Shown here piece after piece: positions 45,144 to 50,615 of a stretch of DNA of 50,615 nt. The stretch spans positions 1 to 50,615 of the IMG/VR virus record IMGVR_UViG_3300035670_000307; one strand, 5' to 3'. A program made the position numbers and the translations under genes. The notes under the pieces are model-generated. The model worked only from the letters and a program-made list of their open reading frames with translations, searched no databases and was not told the DNA's origin. This DNA is from a virus. Lineage: Duplodnaviria > Caudoviricetes. Numbering within the stretch: the stretch's first letter is position 1; the number at the start of each line of letters is the position of its first letter.

Positions 45144-46781
45144 CTATGCTGTTGCTACCTTCTTTTTGGCTGGTGTTTTGGCATCGGTTGCATTGGGGTC
45201 AGTTTGTGCTGCATCCGCCTTTTGCGCGGCCTTAGCCATGATCTTGTCGTGAGTGAGGTAATCGAGCCCCTTGGATCTCAAATACTCATCTTCCTCGGCA
45301 ATCTCGTCGACGATCTCGAAGAAGTCTTCGCCTCGAGCAGCACAGGCACGCCGCCTGGACGTAAGCCCCTTTTCGAGCTGCAGGGCATGAACCTTCTCTT
45401 CCTTCTCCGGCTCTGACGAGGGGAAGGCGTCATACTTGAACGAAGCCGTGATATCGGAATCGAACCACAGACCTGCCAGCCTGCCTGCTTCGACACAGGA
45501 ATTGAAAACAAACTGATGCAGGTTGTTTATGAAGAACGACTGATCACGACCACGCTCTGTCTTGAAGTCGAGTGTGCCAAGCTTACCACCACTGAACGAC
45601 ACGCCTTCAATGTCAGCTGTCAAAGCGGCATACGGAACGCGATAAGCAACAGCGATAGTGCGATGCAGATCCTTCATGAATTCCGAGTAGTTCGATCCAC
45701 TCTGAATCATGATGTGGTCAATGTCCCAGCCCGGGGGCAATGGGAAGACCATGTTATCCTGCAGAACCTTATGCTCGACAAAATCGGTAACTATCTGCGA
45801 ATCAATGGTTTCTTCTGCGCCACCGGGCTTTTTCATGCTCATGCCCGGAACTTCAGGATTTTCCTTGGCGTTGAAGTCTTCCTTCAGCACCAGGCCGATC
45901 TTGGCTTCCATACGCAGACGGCGAAGAACCGAATAACGCAGATCCTGCGATTCAAGGATCGTGCCCATCGCGAGAACAGCGGCCGGAATGCCTCTGATCT
46001 GACCCGGGAAGATCTTCTCGAACAGGTGGACGATCTGCGTGCGACCCTTCTCGTCCCTCACAGGAACGCGAACCGGCGTGCGATCATACAGCGTGTTTCT
46101 GGGATTACCCTTGTAGAGCCAGTAGGCTTCAGGGTGTCCAAGCGGCGAAAACTCGATACCAGCCGCGTAGTTGTTACCCTCTTTCACACCGCCCGGCTGT
46201 CCGCCATCGTAAAACTGCGAAGGATCGATAACCTCGAAGGTGACAGGCAGTGTCAGACCATCGGAGAAGTCACGCCAGCGACGGCGCACCAGAACTTCAC
46301 CTGCGCGAAAATAGTGACCAGCTACCAGTGTCTCGAGAGCGACGAAGTTGCCATGACGCGCTGCATCGCAGTCGACTGTCTCGTAAAGATACTTGTTTAT
46401 GGTAGTCGAAACCTTCTTCTGAAGGCTTTTCTTGGCAGATTTTATGATGATATTAACGCCGCTAAGAACGGTGTAATTCACCAGAACCTTGGCAGCCGCT
46501 CGAGCATATGGATTTAGCATCGCCAGCTTGACTGCATTTTCCTGCAGATAAGCTACGTCCTGACCCATCGCATGAGGGCCATATGTCGGATCCAGCGCAC
46601 GCTGGCGATGATCATATGACTTGAAACGGTTGTAGCGATCCATGAACGACCGCACGTGCACCTGATCATTGATCAGCTCACGACGTTGGCTTCCTGTTAC
46701 GTCAACAGCTTCGTCTACCAGATTGCCGAGTTCGGTCTGGCCACGAAATAAGTCTCCGACTTTATCGAGTAAGTTTGCCAT
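45144..46781 (-). CDS. portal protein, lambda family
   Basis: GEVLVR, GIEFSPLG.PEAYWL, PGQIRGIP, LTAD...VSFS motifs. Confidence 0.9.
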   Translation of the reverse strand: MANLLDKVGDLFRGQTELGNLVDEAVDVTGSQRRELINDQVHVRSFMDRYNRFKSYDHRQRALDPTYGPHAMGQDVAYLQENAVKLAMLNPYARAAAKVLVNYTVLSGVNIIIKSAKKSLQKKVSTTINKYLYETVDCDAARHGNFVALETLVAGHYFRAGEVLVRRRWRDFSDGLTLPVTFEVIDPSQFYDGGQPGGVKEGNNYAAGIEFSPLGHPEAYWLYKGNPRNTLYDRTPVRVPVRDEKGRTQIVHLFEKIFPGQIRGIPAAVLAMGTILESQDLRYSVLRRLRMEAKIGLVLKEDFNAKENPEVPGMSMKKPGGAEETIDSQIVTDFVEHKVLQDNMVFPLPPGWDIDHIMIQSGSNYSEFMKDLHRTIAVAYRVPYAALTADIEGVSFSGGKLGTLDFKTERGRDQSFFINNLHQFVFNSCVEAGRLAGLWFDSDITASFKYDAFPSSEPEKEEKVHALQLEKGLTSRRRACAARGEDFFEIVDEIAEEDEYLRSKGLDYLTHDKIMAKAAQKADAAQTDPNATDAKTPAKKKVATA

Positions 46782-46984
46782 CAGTAACTGCACCCCATCG
46801 AGATTCTACCCGGGCGCATGCGCTTCTTCTGACGCTTCTGTGATAGATCAGAAAGGTATTCGTGTCCCTTGATCAGGTTCCCGGTATCCTGCGCCTCGAG
46901 ACGGTCGTTCTCACTGAAAAGGGATTTGACGCCCGTGCCGATCAGCTCTTCCAGCTGTGTAAGATTAGGATCGCTCACAAACAT
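46781..46984 (-). CDS. head completion protein (gpW-like)
   Basis: 67 aa between terminase and portal; LEELIGTGVKS; GGAG RBS. Confidence 0.7.
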   Translation of the reverse strand: MFVSDPNLTQLEELIGTGVKSLFSENDRLEAQDTGNLIKGHEYLSDLSQKRQKKRMRPGRISMGCSY

Positions 46985-47016
46985 TCTCCGGCGCCGGACA
47001 AAATCAGGTCGCCGGA

Positions 47017-49467
47017 TCAATCGCGCTTCTTGCTCCAAGGCACCTTGCGACGTTCGGGAGTTACGCCCAAGTCCGAGCTCATCCAGCGTGATCGATCCGA
47101 CTCTCGCGATTCTAGCGCATTTGGCACAACTTTTGCAAGTGGCCCAGGATCTGGGCGCGGAGGTGGTGCAGAATCAGCATCTGCAGGCTTGATCTTTGGC
47201 ATCGTTGGACGCTTCTCGATCTTCGCCACAGGACGCGCACGGTTCTGCTCAATCGCCCGCTTGGTCTGTTCTCCGATCCGCTCGAGCATGTCGTCAGTGA
47301 ACTGCTCTTTTTCGTAATCGGTCAGATCCACGCCAATACCGAGATCATCAGCGATATCCTCGACAAGGAACGGGTTTTCATACTTGGCTTTCAGACCCTC
47401 GAGCGCTGCCAGAGCATAGGCACGGCAGTCCTGTGGCTCGTTCGGCGTGCTGTCCTTCTTCCGCCAACGCATGACGTTGCCGACCTTGATCCGCTTTTCA
47501 GCGAGCAAGCCGTTATACCAATACATCTCACGGCCAACTGGGAAGTGGCAGTATCCCGGTCCGGGCGTGGTGATCTGCAAGTGACCGTGCACTTCGTTGA
47601 AAAGCACGGTTTTACCGATGATGTAGAGCGGTGTCTTATACTGACCGGCAGGCGTAGGAGACTTCGGCCAAGGATCGCGAATGACGTCTCCCTTTTCAGC
47701 GTCACCCTTGATCGCCCACACGTTCCTGTCGAAACGCTGGTGGCAGTAAGCGTAGATGATACGGGTTGTCTGGACGCGATGACGGCCTGTTTCCGACATA
47801 CCGTCCTGGTTTTCACCACCAGAGTCGACAGCGACAGCCTGAATACCCTGCTCACGGCCATCCGCGCCGACGTAGACCCTCTGCAAAACCTCGTCCAGGC
47901 GCGCACGTGTCACAGGATCATCAGGAGATCCTTCGATAACGATATAATCCAGCGACCAACTCTCGAAGCCTCTGCCCCAACCGACGATCTCGACTTCGAA
48001 GCGATCAGGCTGCGTGTCGACACCGGCCGTGATGACCACAACACGGCTTGGAAGCTCGAAATCGTATTCTTCTTCGCGTGCCTTCAGACCATCGGCCGTC
48101 AGTTTGACCTGATTGCCTTCAGGCGCCGGAAGACCGAGTTCATCGTTATAAAATGACGCTTTACCGCCAGCGATGGAGAGATCGCTCTTCCACTTTTGCG
48201 TCATCTCACTCAAGTGTTTCGGGGAATAAAGGCGAGATGCATTGAAGCCGGCATGCGTATTAGGAACCGCTAGATTCCCACAGTGCCGGCATGTAGCGCG
48301 ACCAACGATCTCATAGCCGTCGTTCTCCCTGATCGTAGGAGTCCAGATAGGGTTATGCGGATCCTTGAGATACGGCTTCCACTCGGATTTACCCATCCGA
48401 TCATAATTCAGCGCTTCAGGATCCTGATATTCTCCACAGCATGAGAACGGCCTTGTCTGCCTCCATTTCAGCTCACTGATTGCCTTTCGACGCTCCCCAT
48501 ACGTGAATGGATGACCGCATTCAGGACAGTTGTAGCTTGCGCTTTCGAAATCCCAGTTGCCCGTGCGCGGATCCACGATCCAAGTAACGTTGTAATCAGG
48601 AGCCTTCTTGCCATGCTTGACGAAATACCTCTCCCGCTCATCATCTGTGGGCTCCCAACGCATGACATGATCGTGACCGCATTCCGGACACACGATGAAA
48701 GGCTGCCTGCGATCAGACAGCTTCCAATACTGCTCCCACATGTAATTTTCTTCAGTGGTGGGAGATGATGCTCTGACGGATCGCCCGAACGGCCCGAATG
48801 TTTCGAGACGCTTGTCTCCGAAAAACACCGGATTTCTGCCACGTATCAAGCCATACTTGGCAACTTCGTCGTAAAGCATCGCTACAGCGAGACGCGAAGC
48901 AAGGCTGTTTTCCGACGTTGCAGCGGCAAGCGTGATGTGTCCGCCAATGAAAAGCACGTCGAACTTGGTCATCTTGTAAACCAAGCCCTTTGTCGCCGGT
49001 GTGTTGTCGAACATAGGCTGCAATTTCTGCGCCATGAAATCGACAGCATCCCTGAAGGATGGCTGCACCAACATAACCGGGCCTGGATTTATCAGCGCAT
49101 ACCAAAGCGCTGTATTTTCGAGCAAAGATGACTTGAAAAGCTGCGTCGGTCCTAAAGCTGTAATCGTGCGGACGCCTGGTTCCGTGATTGCTGCCTGCGG
49201 TCCACGAGCAATCTCGTATTGAGATACATCATACTTACCCGGGGTTGCAGAGCTCTTTGATGTGATGAAACGATAAGCATCAGCGCACTGGTCAACACTC
49301 ATTGACGAGTCAGGTCGCATCGTCTTCCTGACAATATTCAGGATCTCGAGCAAGTTTTCGTTAAATATTTCCTCTCCACGATCTATGAAATCTTCATAGA
49401 GATCAGGACTTTCAAGACGAAAGGAATCATATACCGATGGATCGTATTTAGAGATCAGGTTGCTCAT
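47017..49467 (-). CDS. terminase large subunit (lambda GpA family)
   Basis: TQLFKS Walker A, YDEV Walker B, SSPT, CPECG zinc motifs, AGVDTQPDR nuclease, NEPQDC. Confidence 0.93.
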   Translation of the reverse strand: MSNLISKYDPSVYDSFRLESPDLYEDFIDRGEEIFNENLLEILNIVRKTMRPDSSMSVDQCADAYRFITSKSSATPGKYDVSQYEIARGPQAAITEPGVRTITALGPTQLFKSSLLENTALWYALINPGPVMLVQPSFRDAVDFMAQKLQPMFDNTPATKGLVYKMTKFDVLFIGGHITLAAATSENSLASRLAVAMLYDEVAKYGLIRGRNPVFFGDKRLETFGPFGRSVRASSPTTEENYMWEQYWKLSDRRQPFIVCPECGHDHVMRWEPTDDERERYFVKHGKKAPDYNVTWIVDPRTGNWDFESASYNCPECGHPFTYGERRKAISELKWRQTRPFSCCGEYQDPEALNYDRMGKSEWKPYLKDPHNPIWTPTIRENDGYEIVGRATCRHCGNLAVPNTHAGFNASRLYSPKHLSEMTQKWKSDLSIAGGKASFYNDELGLPAPEGNQVKLTADGLKAREEEYDFELPSRVVVITAGVDTQPDRFEVEIVGWGRGFESWSLDYIVIEGSPDDPVTRARLDEVLQRVYVGADGREQGIQAVAVDSGGENQDGMSETGRHRVQTTRIIYAYCHQRFDRNVWAIKGDAEKGDVIRDPWPKSPTPAGQYKTPLYIIGKTVLFNEVHGHLQITTPGPGYCHFPVGREMYWYNGLLAEKRIKVGNVMRWRKKDSTPNEPQDCRAYALAALEGLKAKYENPFLVEDIADDLGIGVDLTDYEKEQFTDDMLERIGEQTKRAIEQNRARPVAKIEKRPTMPKIKPADADSAPPPRPDPGPLAKVVPNALESRESDRSRWMSSDLGVTPERRKVPWSKKRD

Positions 49468-50170
49468 CTTCGTCCACCTTCGTCTCTTTCATCATCTCCT
49501 TTTCTGCTTCGGCAGACAAAGCATCACTCTGGTCGAACATGCTTCCGCCCTTTTCTTTCATGTCCATGATCACATCGACACAAAGCTCGAGCAGTAGCTT
49601 ATTGACTTCCTTGTTGACAATTTGCGTGCACTTCTCGGCGTTCTTTTCGGCCGAGAGATCTGGACCGATCTTGTAACCAAGCTTTTTCAAACGCATCGAA
49701 ACGTCGGAGAGGATTGTGGAGAGATGATGATACATCTCTTTCTTTGAAATCAGCTCCTTACGCTCTTTCTCGTAGCGAAGGTTCTTGAACAGGTTGTCCG
49801 AGATCATGCCTCGGATCTCGACCTCTTCCCTAGAAACGCCGCTAGCCTGGTCTATGGCCTGAAGCTTTACGAGCAGAGGCTCCTTCGCCTTTTCCTCGAG
49901 CCACTTGACCAGACGTGGCATATCGACCGCGCCACCAGAGCTGATGGCAGGGCAGTAATCCTTGTCTCGCCAGTTTCGAAGCGTGCGATCCGTGATGCCG
50001 AGAAGTTCGGCAGTGTCCTTGAGTGTGAGCCGGCCCATCGCATCCCGCTTGATTGGCGGCATGGTGATCTGCGGTTCGGAAACTTTGGCAGCCCTCTTGG
50101 CACGCGGCTTTTCCGCAGCGGTAACTTTCGCTGGCTTTGCAGGGGAAGAGGTCTTCGGCTTTGCGGGCAT
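49448..50170 (-). CDS. terminase small subunit (Nu1-like HTH)
   Basis: LKDTAELLGITDRTLRNW HTH plus coiled coil; start moved to ATG 50170, 6 nt after a TATTAT -10. Confidence 0.8.
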   Translation of the reverse strand: MPAKPKTSSPAKPAKVTAAEKPRAKRAAKVSEPQITMPPIKRDAMGRLTLKDTAELLGITDRTLRNWRDKDYCPAISSGGAVDMPRLVKWLEEKAKEPLLVKLQAIDQASGVSREEVEIRGMISDNLFKNLRYEKERKELISKKEMYHHLSTILSDVSMRLKKLGYKIGPDLSAEKNAEKCTQIVNKEVNKLLLELCVDVIMDMKEKGGSMFDQSDALSAEAEKEMMKETKVDEDEQPDL

Positions 50171-50269
50171 GTAGCAATAATATCGCATTTCATGCCAGTT
50201 TTGCAAGGTCTGCTAGAACCGGGTCGGGATTATTATAAATTCCCCTTCATGAGCGTAGCGAGTGAGGGG

Positions 50270-50378
50270 CCGGTTGTGTGTATGTGGAGAGCCCCAATCA
50301 TCCCCGAAGGGGAGGGTATATATATTTATATATATATACCCCCTCCGGTGATTGGGGCTAGCTCTCCACCACAACCGG
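50270..50378. repeat. ~110-bp imperfect palindrome with a (TA)n centre
   Basis: CCGGTTGTG..GTGGAGAGCCCCAATCA..GGAGGGTATATATAT pairs with ATATATATACCCCCTCC..TGATTGGGGC..TCTCCAC.CACAACCGG. Confidence 0.85.
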
Positions 50379-50615
50379 AGCATCGACACAGGTAGTAGTT
50401 CGGAAAGGTTTATCAATGAAGAAATGTTGTAGGCGTGACCTTTCTGGTTTCATCAAGGGGAATAGGAACATAGGGATATATTTAATCAAAAAGGTCACGC
50501 CAGAACCCTGTCAGCAATAACAAACATGTCCAAATTACAGGAAAAAAGGGTGGAAAGCGGAAAAGCCTATAGATTTTACCAAAAATTTTCAGAGTATGGG
50601 GTGTCCAACCCCCCA

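Larger units (their letters stand above)
1..50615. mobile_element. temperate siphovirus genome, probably complete
   Basis: full head, tail, lysis, replication and integration modules; intact attP; no host genes; non-coding end upstream of terS. Confidence 0.85.

Noticed and set aside
50270-50378. Protelomerase target (linear plasmid prophage)
   Set aside because: The palindrome is imperfect, no protelomerase or par genes were seen, and an integrase with attP is present

Overview
The window looks like a probably complete ~50.6 kb temperate siphovirus genome with an alphaproteobacterial host. The host call rests on the tRNA-Met attP core and a GAAC-N7-GAAC SOS box. The + strand (0.3-17.5 kb) carries small early genes with repeated cis-elements, an ARC/Mpa-like AAA+ ATPase, helicase, primase, a split C5 methyltransferase, HTH regulators, attP and a PstI/BsuBI-type methyltransferase. 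The - strand carries the cognate restriction endonuclease, a tyrosine integrase, accessory genes, a lysis module and a lambda-like head and tail module. The most unusual items are: a TM-coiled-coil-PAS protein heading the lysis cassette; a polar 19-bp repeat and a shared hairpin-RBS cassette confined to the terminal 4.2 kb; a T5 A1-like nuclease in a temperate phage; a family of internal, often leaderless promoters that accompanies displaced genes; three dispersed LRR paralogues; an SOS box on the R-M methylase; and a solo DUF3780-like gene. All protein family calls come from motif recognition by eye, not from database searches.
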